Below are positions 19,310 to 28,347 of a DNA stretch of 64,000 nucleotides, piece after piece (positions within the stretch are counted from its first letter, which is position 1; the number at the start of each line of letters is the position of its first letter). Position numbers and translations under genes: made by a program. The notes beneath the pieces were generated by a model. That model saw only the letters and a program-made list of their open reading frames with translations. It made no database searches and had not been told where the DNA came from. Source of the DNA: Patescibacteria group bacterium (lineage in GTDB: Bacteria; Patescibacteriota; Minisyncoccia; Phycocordibacterales; UBA1006); the NCBI GenBank assembly GCA_028286885.1, contig JAQBQS010000010.1:19148-83147 (forward strand), in the 5' to 3' direction.

Positions 19310-19335
19310 AAAAGCCGCTCGTTAGAGCGGCTTTT
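19309..19335. terminator. Bidirectional terminator (aaaaagccgctcgttagagcggctttt)
   Basis: Hairpin flanked by A and T runs. Confidence 0.75.
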
Positions 19336-19337
19336 GA

Positions 19338-19712
19338 TTAAAATTTGATTTCTGAAACCTCTTCATTTATTGCTCCCCAACTAGCAAGCGCTACACTATA
19401 AACGAGCTCCCAATCAAAATCTTTGTTTTTGTTTTCTTTTTCACTTTCATCATACTGATAAACATCAAACGTATTGATGACTCCGGTATAATAATTTTCG
19501 AGCGACTCAAGAAACAAACGCTGCGATTTCAAAAGTTGACCGTTCGCAATGCGAACCTGGATCGCACGTCTCTGCTCCTCGAGAGTTTCCAGGCAGTTCT
19601 TATTTTCTTCAGCTGCCTTCTTGGTAAAAGCCTTCATTGCCTCAAAGAGAGATTCGCCGAAACTTGAAATTTTCTTATCGCCATCGAGGCTGGGGTATTC
19701 TTTTAAATCCAT
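19338..19712 (-). CDS. Hypothetical protein (124 aa), inserted antisense between the ABC ATPase and its permease
   Basis: Complete ORF with an acidic C-terminus. Confidence 0.45.
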   Translation of the reverse strand: MDLKEYPSLDGDKKISSFGESLFEAMKAFTKKAAEENKNCLETLEEQRRAIQVRIANGQLLKSQRLFLESLENYYTGVINTFDVYQYDESEKENKNKDFDWELVYSVALASWGAINEEVSEIKF

Positions 19713-19798
19713 ATTTAATTATTTTTTTATAGACTATCATTTATGTAGAAATTGTCAAGTAAGCACCCAATTCCCTCCCATTCCCGTATAATACCCAT

Positions 19799-21016
19799 AT
19801 GACAACCACCGACATCCTCCACGAAACATACGGCGCGCTGACTGCGAACAAGGTACGGTCGGGGCTGACCATGCTTGGCATCATCATTGGGATCAGTTCC
19901 GTGATCGCCATGACCGCAATCGGAAACGGCGCGAAACAATCGATTACGTCGAGCATCCAGTCGATCGGATCGAACCTGGTGATGGTAACGCCCGGGGCGC
20001 AGCGAAGTTTCGGCGGACCGCAGCAGGCGCGCGGTTCTGCGCAGACACTGACAGTGGAAGACGGCCAAGCGATTCAATCAAGCGTGTCGAACATTTCCGC
20101 CATCGCCTTTAACGTTTCTTCGCGCGGGCAGATCGTCGCCAAGGGAACAAATTCCAACTCGTCAATCACAGGAACAACGCCATCGTACCAGCAGGTGCGA
20201 AACGTAACCGTCGAAGACGGAAACTTTTTCACCGACGCACAAGTTTCGTCGAGTTCAAAAGTCGCCGTCATCGGTCCGACAACGGCATCGGATTTATTTG
20301 GAACAGACGAAGCTGTCGGCCAGTCCGTGCGCATCACAGGCAACGAATTCAAGATCATCGGTGTGACGAAATCAAAAGGTGGTACGGGATTCTCGAATTC
20401 GGACGACGCGGTCTACATTCCCTACACGACCGCACAGCATTACCTGACCGGAAACCAATACCTCTCCGAGGTCGACATCTCGGCAAGTTCTGCCGACACG
20501 ACGACGCAGGTCCAGGCGGACGTGACGGCGCTCCTGACTTCCCGGCATAACATCGCGGAAGGCGCGACCGCCGACTTCTCGATTCTAAATCAATCCGACA
20601 TCATCGCGACCGCATCCTCAGTTACAGGAACATTCACCGTCCTCCTTGCAGCCGTTGCGGGCATCTCGCTTCTCGTCGGAGGAATCGGCATCATGAACAT
20701 GATGCTCACGACCGTCACCGAGCGCACGCGCGAGATCGGCTTGCGAAAAGCCATCGGCGCCAAAAAATCCGACATCAATACCCAGTTTCTGATGGAGTCG
20801 ATCGCGCTCACGTTCACGGGCGGCGTGATCGGCGTGATACTGGGCTGGCTGATCGCGTTCATCGTGAATAAGTCGGGCGTCATTGCGACATCCGTCACCC
20901 TCTCGTCCGTCCTTCTCGCATTTGGCGTCTCGGCGCTGATCGGCATCGTGTTCGGATACTATCCGGCGCGGCGCGCGTCGAGCTTGAATCCGATTGACGC
21001 GTTGCGATTTGAATAA
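19799..21016 (+). CDS. ABC transporter permease, MacB/FtsX-like
   Basis: N-terminal transmembrane helix, a large periplasmic domain, and a C-terminal FtsX 3-TM bundle (LTTVTERTREIGLRKAIGA). Confidence 0.85.
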   Translation: MTTTDILHETYGALTANKVRSGLTMLGIIIGISSVIAMTAIGNGAKQSITSSIQSIGSNLVMVTPGAQRSFGGPQQARGSAQTLTVEDGQAIQSSVSNISAIAFNVSSRGQIVAKGTNSNSSITGTTPSYQQVRNVTVEDGNFFTDAQVSSSSKVAVIGPTTASDLFGTDEAVGQSVRITGNEFKIIGVTKSKGGTGFSNSDDAVYIPYTTAQHYLTGNQYLSEVDISASSADTTTQVQADVTALLTSRHNIAEGATADFSILNQSDIIATASSVTGTFTVLLAAVAGISLLVGGIGIMNMMLTTVTERTREIGLRKAIGAKKSDINTQFLMESIALTFTGGVIGVILGWLIAFIVNKSGVIATSVTLSSVLLAFGVSALIGIVFGYYPARRASSLNPIDALRFE

Positions 21017-21019
21017 ACT

Positions 21020-21044
21020 AAAAAACCTCCTTTGCGGGAGGTTT
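21020..21044 (+). terminator. Rho-independent terminator (aaaaacctcctttgcgggaggtttt)
   Basis: Hairpin followed by a T-run. Confidence 0.75.
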
Positions 21045-21630
21045 TGGTTTAAAGATTCGGCCCGATTCCTATTGGGCGTACTGATTCTGTATTCGCAGGA
21101 GGATACGGCCGATAGCTGCTCTCTGAAATATTGCAGGCAATTATGCAGAGAAATCCGGCGATTACGCATGCGAAGAGAAACCCGTATTTTTTAAAAAATC
21201 CTTTTGCCATGGCATCCATATATTTGATTTTAATGTTAGAAAATCTGAATTCTTGGCAAGAATACTCCGGATCAAACATATAATCAAGAAAAAACTCCTT
21301 TTCATTTTTCGTGAAAAGGAGTTTTGGTTTCCCGTTACAGGGAAACAAGGTCTGTGTTTGGTATCGCGACATATGGCTTCTGATGCCGTTTTACCTGTGC
21401 ATTTTTAACATTCTGTCTGTTTGGCGGCGATTCATTTTTCTGTGCGCCTTTGTAAACAAGATTGGAGCAGAAACAGAACGCTGCAATAAATACGAAGTCG
21501 AGTGGACGAAGTCTGAACATGCTGTTGATTGGGATTTATCGGGTTTTAAAAAAGAAATTGGGGTCAATCGTAGCATTTAATTTGCAAGTTGGCAAGAAAA
21601 ACCGCATCTCCGAAGAAATGCGGTTTGATT

Positions 21631-22146
21631 TTAGATTGTTTGGAAAAATAAAGTGAAATACGTCTGTAAAACTCCAAATGATTTTGAAGCAAGAGCGACA
21701 CGTCCGATGAATAACATATGGACAAGATCGGGAGATATTCTGTGGTTTTCTTTAACATTTGGAAGATCTTTTATCTCATTGCATTCTTCATCGTTTAGTT
21801 CCCATTCAAATACCACTCTGTCTCCAACTTCCCATTTTGCTGCCTGGATTCCAGAACGTTCATTTCCCGTTTTCAGTGATTCAAACATGAACTGCTTCAT
21901 CTCTTCATCGGGGCCTTGTCCAGGAGAATAGCGAAATATTCCTATTTGACAGGAATCAATTATTTCCTCCTTGCGATAAACCTTAACTTCAGCCCCTTCC
22001 TTCAAGTTTGGTGCGCCAAGAGTCTCGAAATAGAGAGCATTGTCGTAACTCGATTTTTTTCGGTCAATAGTAATAGCGAAAAACTTTTTCTTACCTTTCC
22101 TGACAACGATCATTGTGACTTCCTGAACTTTTAGGCTTGGTTCCAT
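21631..22146 (-). CDS. Hypothetical protein (171 aa) in an AT-rich segment
   Basis: Complete ORF. The surrounding 21050-22200 is AT-rich with poor coding signal. Confidence 0.4.
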   Translation of the reverse strand: MEPSLKVQEVTMIVVRKGKKKFFAITIDRKKSSYDNALYFETLGAPNLKEGAEVKVYRKEEIIDSCQIGIFRYSPGQGPDEEMKQFMFESLKTGNERSGIQAAKWEVGDRVVFEWELNDEECNEIKDLPNVKENHRISPDLVHMLFIGRVALASKSFGVLQTYFTLFFQTI

Positions 22147-22284
22147 TTTTATTGATTTAATGATGTAAAATATTCTTACTAGACATTATCATATATAAAA
22201 AATATTGTCAAATTGCACCAAACCTGCCTGCATCCTCGTATAAAAAGACATACCACTCTAACGGTATTTTCATTTCACATTTCT

Positions 22285-22782
22285 ATGATGCATTCAATGA
22301 CAGACAAGCAGCGAACGACCGCGGTCGTGATCTCAGGAGTATTGGTCGCCATCGTATTCTTCGGAGCAGGATTCGCGATCGGTCACCACGCAAACGCGCG
22401 AGGAGGCGCGGGCGCGTACGGCCGTACGGGTATGGCAGCGGGAGGAGCCCGAGGAGGATTCGGAGCGGCAGGCGGAGCCGGATCAATGCGCATGCGCGCA
22501 GGAGGATTCGCTAATGGAACAATTTTGTCGATGACGGATACATCGATCACGGTTTCCTTGCAAAACGGTGGGTCTCAAACTATTTATTTCACAAACTCAA
22601 CACCTGTACTCAAAAGCGTTACGGGAACAACAACCGATTTGAAAGTCGGAGACATGATCACAGCAACCGGGACACCTGCAGCTGATGGATCAATCGCAGC
22701 CCAATCTGTTACGATCAGACCAGCGGGATCAATGCCGATGGGCGGCATGCCTTCACCTGCAGGAGGAAATCCCGTACAATAA
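22285..22782 (+). CDS. Membrane-anchored Gly-rich hypothetical protein
   Basis: Start at MMHSMTDKQ. One transmembrane helix and a GGAxGG-rich segment. Confidence 0.45.
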   Translation: MMHSMTDKQRTTAVVISGVLVAIVFFGAGFAIGHHANARGGAGAYGRTGMAAGGARGGFGAAGGAGSMRMRAGGFANGTILSMTDTSITVSLQNGGSQTIYFTNSTPVLKSVTGTTTDLKVGDMITATGTPAADGSIAAQSVTIRPAGSMPMGGMPSPAGGNPVQ

Positions 22783-22788
22783 TCGGGT

Positions 22789-23238
22789 ATGAAAAAATCA
22801 ACAATTGCTGCCCTTGTCATCGTTATTCTTGTCATCGTCGCTGTCGTGGTTGTCGCGGCAACGCGTTCGAAATCTTCGAACGCAGAACCGGTAACTGACA
22901 CGTCGGCACAGACAACAGACACGACAAGCGCATCGCACGAAACTATTAATCCGAATGCTTCGGGCGAAACAGCATCAACGCCTTCGTCCACTCCTGCGGC
23001 AAACACGTATACGATGGCGCAAGTTGCAACACACAAGGATGCAACGTCCTGCTGGACGACAATCAACGGAAATGTTTACGACGTTACGGCGTGGATCAAC
23101 CAGCATCCGGGAGGCCCGGGACGAATCTTGGCTCTCTGCGGAACAGACGGAAGCGCTGCGTTCAACGGACAGCATGGCGGACAGGCTCGGCCAGCATCCG
23201 AGCTCGCAAGCTTCAAGATTGGAGTTCTCGCAAAATAA
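22789..23238 (+). CDS. Membrane-anchored cytochrome b5-like heme/steroid-binding domain protein
   Basis: YTMAQVATHKDATSCWTTINGNVYDVTAWINQHPGG fits the Cyt-b5 fold signature. Confidence 0.65.
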   Translation: MKKSTIAALVIVILVIVAVVVVAATRSKSSNAEPVTDTSAQTTDTTSASHETINPNASGETASTPSSTPAANTYTMAQVATHKDATSCWTTINGNVYDVTAWINQHPGGPGRILALCGTDGSAAFNGQHGGQARPASELASFKIGVLAK

Positions 23239-23364
23239 TTTAAAAATCCTTCGGACATCTTTTCTTAGCGCATCTTCACTAGGCTTTAGCCTGTGAAGAA
23301 AGCGAGAAAAGATTCCGAAGGATTTTTAGTTTGTAAACATTCTATCTAATGCTAAACTTGTTGT

Positions 23365-23844
23365 ATGATTATCCACGAGAAAACCGTCGTGTTCGAATGG
23401 GACGCGACCGAGGTCGAGCACCGTGAAAAAGGCAATGACTGGTACTGGGGCCTCGGCGTCGCAGTTCTCGTCGGAGTTATTCTTTCCATCATCGGCGGCA
23501 ATTATCTGCTCGCGGTCCTTTTGGGTCTTGGCGGCATTATGCTCGGACTTTACGGCAACGATCGACCCCATGCGGTCCATATCGAAATTTCGGAGCGCGG
23601 CGTTTCCTTGAACAAGAATCTCTACCTCTTCAAGGCCATGAAGTCATTCTGGATTTTCCGCGACAGGCGCGGGCGCGACCGGTTGATTCTTGTTACGGGA
23701 CGACCCGTCATGCCGACGCATATCCTGACCTTCGGCGAAGGAATCGATCCTGTCACCGTGCGACTGTTCCTCCTGAAGCACCTCGAAGAAAAAGAAACCA
23801 AGGAATCATTTGTTGACCTCTTGGCCGAGATGATCGGCATGTAA
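23365..23844 (+). CDS. Hypothetical membrane protein (159 aa)
   Basis: Two transmembrane helices. Confidence 0.45.
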   Translation: MIIHEKTVVFEWDATEVEHREKGNDWYWGLGVAVLVGVILSIIGGNYLLAVLLGLGGIMLGLYGNDRPHAVHIEISERGVSLNKNLYLFKAMKSFWIFRDRRGRDRLILVTGRPVMPTHILTFGEGIDPVTVRLFLLKHLEEKETKESFVDLLAEMIGM

Positions 23845-23888
23845 CCGTCTTGATAAAAGGCGGTTTTTGGTGTATGATCTCGTCCATC

Positions 23889-23963
23889 GGTCTCATAGTT
23901 CAACGGATAGAATTCCAGTTTGCGGTACTGGCGATCCAGGTTCGATTCCCGGTGAGGCCACCA
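23889..23963 (+). tRNA. tRNA-Arg (anticodon GCG as read) with encoded CCA
   Basis: Acceptor GGTCTCA/TGAGGCC, anticodon stem CCAGT/ACTGG, loop TTGCGGT, T-loop TTCGATT. One A-C mismatch in the T-stem. Confidence 0.6.
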
Positions 23964-24118
23964 AGTGTAAATTCCTCGAATTTAACCAGCACTAACAAGA
24001 AAGCCCATATTATATAAGGGTATTTTTTGTACAACATAATTGGGAGATTAGGGGTAAAGGCTAGTAATAAGAGATACCAGATAAAACCTCGAACTTTTTA
24101 AGCCTTTAGAATATGGAG

Positions 24119-24436
24119 CTATTTTTCCTTAGGTCCAAGAACAAGCTTTCCATTTTCAAACGTCATTTCATAGTCATCTTCATTAAATTTTGTAGTCGTT
24201 TCGGGTCTTGAAATACCAAGTTTTTCATCTTCCTCAACTCTCAAAGCGATCCTCTTTACGAGCATTAAGTAGTTCCTGAAGTTCTCTTCGGCCTCCTGTA
24301 TCTCCTCCTCCGTCTTTCCTGCCATCAGTTCGCGGATAAAAGCTATTTCGTTTGATTCCTTGTTGTTTTTCATATGCATTCGGTATAACATCGAATGTTT
24401 GAAAAAGTAAAGGGCTAGGTTCGGGAAGCTCAGCAC
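24119..24436 (-). CDS. Hypothetical protein (105 aa)
   Basis: Complete ORF. Confidence 0.4.
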   Translation of the reverse strand: MLSFPNLALYFFKHSMLYRMHMKNNKESNEIAFIRELMAGKTEEEIQEAEENFRNYLMLVKRIALRVEEDEKLGISRPETTTKFNEDDYEMTFENGKLVLGPKEK

Positions 24437-24694
24437 ATGCCGAAAGCAGGCGATCTAGTAGTAACTTTAAATGTTCTTTTGATAGACATCCTCCAAGAAT
24501 TGGCGACGTATTTATTTCTGAGAAGACGAGCATGCCATACGGAATTTTCTTGTCGCTTTGGGCAATACCTTCATACGTTTTTCGATGGTCGCTCCGATGA
24601 TGTCCACCATCAAATTAAAATTCAGCGCATCGCTGAATTTTAATTTGGAATATTTTTAAAAATAAAAAAGCTCCGAATAATCGGAGCTTTTGGA

Positions 24695-25351
24695 TCAGGC
24701 CGGAACCCAATTGGCTTCGGCCGTCTTGTGAAGATCGTGGATCATCTGCCGCGATCGAAACAGGCGGGCTTTCACGGTGCCGAGCGGCAAGTCCATGAAT
24801 TCGGCGATTTCATCGTACGACATTTCGTTGAAATAGCGGAGAATCAGGATCTCGCCGGCATCCTTGCTCAGCCTTTCGACTTCGACAAGAAGGCGGCGAA
24901 TGTACTTGATGTTCTCTTCCTTCATCTGACTGTTGGCAAAAAGCTTTTCCGGGGTTTCGTTCGGATTGCTTGCGATGCTGGTATGATAGGTGCCTCCGCC
25001 GTCCTCGCGCTTTTCGCCTTCCTGCTTGATGCTGTAGATGACCGGAGCATGGTTGGCTTTTCTGATGGCGTCGATCGCATGATTGCCCGCAATGGTCGTC
25101 AGGAACGAACGGACGCTCTTTCCTTCTTCGAACGTCGTCTTGATCGCATTGCTGATTTTGAAAACGGCTTCGATGAACAGGTCTTCGATGACTTCGGTAT
25201 TCCTGTGCCCGTATTTCACAATGACGAATCTCATTTCATCCTGATGCCGGGCAATAAGAGTTTCAAGCGCCGCTTGGTCGTTGCCATCACGATACATCAA
25301 GACAAGTTCTCGGTCTTCATATTTCTTGTATTTTTTGTTTTTTTGGAACAT
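24695..25351 (-). CDS. Sigma-70 family (ECF-like) RNA polymerase sigma factor
   Basis: Region 2 (DLFIEAVFKISNAIKT) and region 4 (EMSYDEIAEFMDLPLGTVKARLFRSR). Confidence 0.8.
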   Translation of the reverse strand: MFQKNKKYKKYEDRELVLMYRDGNDQAALETLIARHQDEMRFVIVKYGHRNTEVIEDLFIEAVFKISNAIKTTFEEGKSVRSFLTTIAGNHAIDAIRKANHAPVIYSIKQEGEKREDGGGTYHTSIASNPNETPEKLFANSQMKEENIKYIRRLLVEVERLSKDAGEILILRYFNEMSYDEIAEFMDLPLGTVKARLFRSRQMIHDLHKTAEANWVPA

Positions 25352-25397
25352 AGGGTTAATTTGGAATTAATAATAGCTGAAAAATTCATTTTGTCAA

Positions 25398-25423
25398 GGA
25401 GGCGGGTATTTGACAAATAGATA
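25398..25423. promoter_or_regulatory. Inverted repeat TTTGTCAA-N11-TTTGACAAA in the sigma/DndB-like divergent spacer. Candidate operator
   Basis: The perfect 8-nt arms carry the TTGTCAA motif that recurs genome-wide upstream of -10 boxes. Confidence 0.4.
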
Positions 25424-25470
25424 TATATCTGTATAGTATTTAAAATTAACTCATCCTTTAAAAACAAAAC

Positions 25471-26577
25471 ATGCAAACAGCCATCGCTTGTTATTCCCCG
25501 GAGGAGCTGGAAAAAATAGACCAGATCCTCTACCATCCCCTCGAATACCTTCTGGGCTCGAAAATTTTGGTCGCCTACCTGGACCGGGGCTTCAAAAAGC
25601 TCGGCTATGCCGAGGAAGGCCAGGCCATTCTGATCGGACACGTCGTCAAATTTCTTCAAGAACGCAACGGCGACGTAGCGACCCTCGAAAGATTCGATCG
25701 TTACAAATCGGAATACTCGGCGGGAATATTCAAAATGTTCCTCTCGCGAGGCATCAGCCTGCACAACGTCGAGCAGATTGTCGTGTCCAACGAAAAGCTC
25801 TACAACATCTCGACGAGCGGATACCAGCACAAGCCGAGCGACCGCGAATTTACGGACTCGAACGTCACGATGTCTTCCAACTACGATCAGTTCAAATTTC
25901 TGGGATTCAACCGCAAAACGAGCCGCAAGCACATCAACACGCTCAAAAAGCTCATCCAGAAATACGGAGTCATTTCGTATGCGGTCGTAGTGGAAACGGA
26001 CTGCATCACCGGGAAAATGGAAAAGTACATTGCCGACGGCCAGCATCGCTACACCGCTGAAAAAGAGCTTGGCATTCCCTTTTACTACACGGTTACTCGC
26101 GTAAAAACAAAAGAGGAGCTGGTAGAATTGATTGCCGCTCTTAACACGTCGCAGCGCAAGTGGAACATCGGACAATATTTGTACGCGTGGACGTCTCTCG
26201 AGATACCGGCCTACGAACGCCTCACTGAAAGGTACAAGATGACCAGGCTTCAGATGTCAGTCCTGATCGAAGCCTACATGGGCATCGACCGCAGGAGGGC
26301 TGCCCAGAATTTTGTAAGCGGAAAGTTTGATATTTATGACACCGAGAAAGCCGAGGCTCACATCCGCTATCTCGCCGAATTCCGCGATGAAAAACTCGCA
26401 CTCAGCTCACGATCATTCAACACGGCGCTTCTCGGATTCTTCAAGAAAGAAGGCGACGATTACGATCACGAGCTCATGAAGGCCAGGATGCGGGAAGTCA
26501 GAAACACCTACCAATTCTCGTTTGACGAATTGGAACTGGTGGATCAGCTTTCGGAGATCTACCGCATGGCGGCTTGA
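25471..26577 (+). CDS. DGQHR-motif ParB/Srx-like nuclease-domain protein (DndB/DpdB family-like), orphan
   Basis: ...AVVVETDCITGKMEKYIADGQHRYTAEKELG... has the DGQHR motif in a ParB-like N-domain context. No dnd or dpd partner genes are nearby. Confidence 0.6.
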   Translation: MQTAIACYSPEELEKIDQILYHPLEYLLGSKILVAYLDRGFKKLGYAEEGQAILIGHVVKFLQERNGDVATLERFDRYKSEYSAGIFKMFLSRGISLHNVEQIVVSNEKLYNISTSGYQHKPSDREFTDSNVTMSSNYDQFKFLGFNRKTSRKHINTLKKLIQKYGVISYAVVVETDCITGKMEKYIADGQHRYTAEKELGIPFYYTVTRVKTKEELVELIAALNTSQRKWNIGQYLYAWTSLEIPAYERLTERYKMTRLQMSVLIEAYMGIDRRRAAQNFVSGKFDIYDTEKAEAHIRYLAEFRDEKLALSSRSFNTALLGFFKKEGDDYDHELMKARMREVRNTYQFSFDELELVDQLSEIYRMAA

Positions 26578-26729
26578 TCAGCGAAAGAGTCCTATTTTAC
26601 AATCACCCGGCAATTGTCGGGTGCTTTTTTATGGACACATTTTGCAAAATCGCGCAATTGTCAGAATTCTTGAAAAGGAATATTCTGAAAGTGCGCAGCA
26701 GGTACACATAAGCTCTACGCACCCATTTT

Positions 26730-27590
26730 ATGAAAAAGAACCTTTTTAAATCAGGCTTGGCGGCCATTGCTGCCATAGCTCTTTCCGCTGTTTTTGCGAC
26801 TCATGCATTCGCGATGCAGCCGACCCTCTCGATTTCGAGCTATGACGGAACGACTATACAGATGAACGTTTACGGAGACTCCAACGCAGCCGTTACCCTT
26901 AATTATCAGACAACGTACGGCATGCACACCGCCGGCGTCATCGGATACACGAACGCAAGCGGAAGCTATTCGGCGACACTGTCGAACGGTTCCTATGGAA
27001 TCCCAAGCGGCCAGCAGGTTTACGTTCTCGTTAACGGACAGCAGTCGCAATATGCATCTTGGCCATACGCGTCAACATATCAGACGTATAGCACCTATAG
27101 CTACAACTCATATCCGTATCAAAATTATCAGAACTATAATAACTACTCGTACTCTTATTCCCAGCCGATCAGCCTGAGTTCGACCGTGAGCGCATTGTCG
27201 CAAGGGCAGTCCCAGTCGGTACAGGTCTACGGTTCAAATTCGCAATACGGATATTACGGAAATAATTCCTACGGAAATTACTACGTTTCATCCAATTCGA
27301 ATCCAAGCGCCGTATCGGCAAGCATCAGCGGAAGCACCCTCACGATCTACGGAACAGGTTCCGGAAGTTCGACCGTCACCGTCTGCTCGTCGAACGGATA
27401 CCAAGGAACGGGCACCGGATGCGCAACGATCGTCGTGAACGTAACAGGTTATTCTTATAATAATAACTATTACAACAATAATGCCAATTGCTGCTACGGA
27501 TACAACGGATCATACAACTCTCAGAATTGCTACACCTACCAGTACAACCAATATCCGTACAACTACCAGCAATATCCTTACTATTACTAA
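26730..27590 (+). CDS. Secreted Tyr/Asn/Ser/Gln-rich low-complexity protein
   Basis: Signal peptide (AFA-M). Extreme Y/N/Q/S bias with YxxY repeats and a C-terminal YQYNQYPYNYQQYPYYY. A terminator follows. Confidence 0.55.
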   Translation: MKKNLFKSGLAAIAAIALSAVFATHAFAMQPTLSISSYDGTTIQMNVYGDSNAAVTLNYQTTYGMHTAGVIGYTNASGSYSATLSNGSYGIPSGQQVYVLVNGQQSQYASWPYASTYQTYSTYSYNSYPYQNYQNYNNYSYSYSQPISLSSTVSALSQGQSQSVQVYGSNSQYGYYGNNSYGNYYVSSNSNPSAVSASISGSTLTIYGTGSGSSTVTVCSSNGYQGTGTGCATIVVNVTGYSYNNNYYNNNANCCYGYNGSYNSQNCYTYQYNQYPYNYQQYPYYY

Positions 27591-27631
27591 ATAAAAAATG
27601 CCAAGGAAACCCTTGGCATTTTTTATTTAGT

Positions 27632-28327
27632 TTATTCTTGGACCATTGCGCCCGTGTCTTTTTTGATTCTCCAAACAAAAGGAATCCATGTCTTCTTATA
27701 TTTTTCTGTATCGTACTTTTTGCCAATAACAAAATCTCCCAAGAATGCCTTTTTGATTCCCTGCCCCACTGACCACAGGATCACAACACCGACCAAGATC
27801 AACAAAATATTTTTGAACGTGCCAATGCCGTCGAAGATCTGATCGATGCGGTTGGCGAAATAATGCCCCGCCCACATCAGCACCGAAACATAAATAGCCA
27901 GGGCGACCAAGTCGATGGCTGCGAATTTCTTGAAACTGACACGCTCGCGTCCCGCAAAAAAGGGGCCGATGAAACGCAACTGAACGAGAAAGCGCGAAAG
28001 GAAAATCAATTTGCCGATATGATGCGAAATGAAACGCGAATTCGGAGGAACGATTTTCGAGAAGAATTTATTGTAGACCCAGTTGATAATCTTGTTTCCG
28101 TGATAGGACAGCAAGTACATTCCGGTGTCGGATAAAAATGCGCCGATAATGACAACGGGAAGCGTGATCCAGAAATTGAGCGCGCCGGTGCCCGCCGCGT
28201 ATCCGATCGCAAGCATCACAATCTCCTCGGGCACCGGCACAACGACGTTTGCGAGAAACGCGATGCCGAAAATGCCGAGATACGACAGGCTGCTTACTTG
28301 GCGGATTATTTCGGCTGATTCCGACAT
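27632..28327 (-). CDS. DedA-family membrane protein (second copy)
   Basis: DedA/VTT core IGKLIFLSRFLVQLRFIGPFFAG. Confidence 0.8.
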   Translation of the reverse strand: MSESAEIIRQVSSLSYLGIFGIAFLANVVVPVPEEIVMLAIGYAAGTGALNFWITLPVVIIGAFLSDTGMYLLSYHGNKIINWVYNKFFSKIVPPNSRFISHHIGKLIFLSRFLVQLRFIGPFFAGRERVSFKKFAAIDLVALAIYVSVLMWAGHYFANRIDQIFDGIGTFKNILLILVGVVILWSVGQGIKKAFLGDFVIGKKYDTEKYKKTWIPFVWRIKKDTGAMVQE

Positions 28328-28347
28328 ACAATAGTGAGTTTAGTATA

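Noticed and set aside
25297-26175. 292-aa antisense ORF opposite the DGQHR gene, and 190-aa ORF 25488-26060 (+)
   Set aside because: Off-frame and antisense readings with low-complexity Arg-rich composition. The DGQHR frame carries recognisable motifs.
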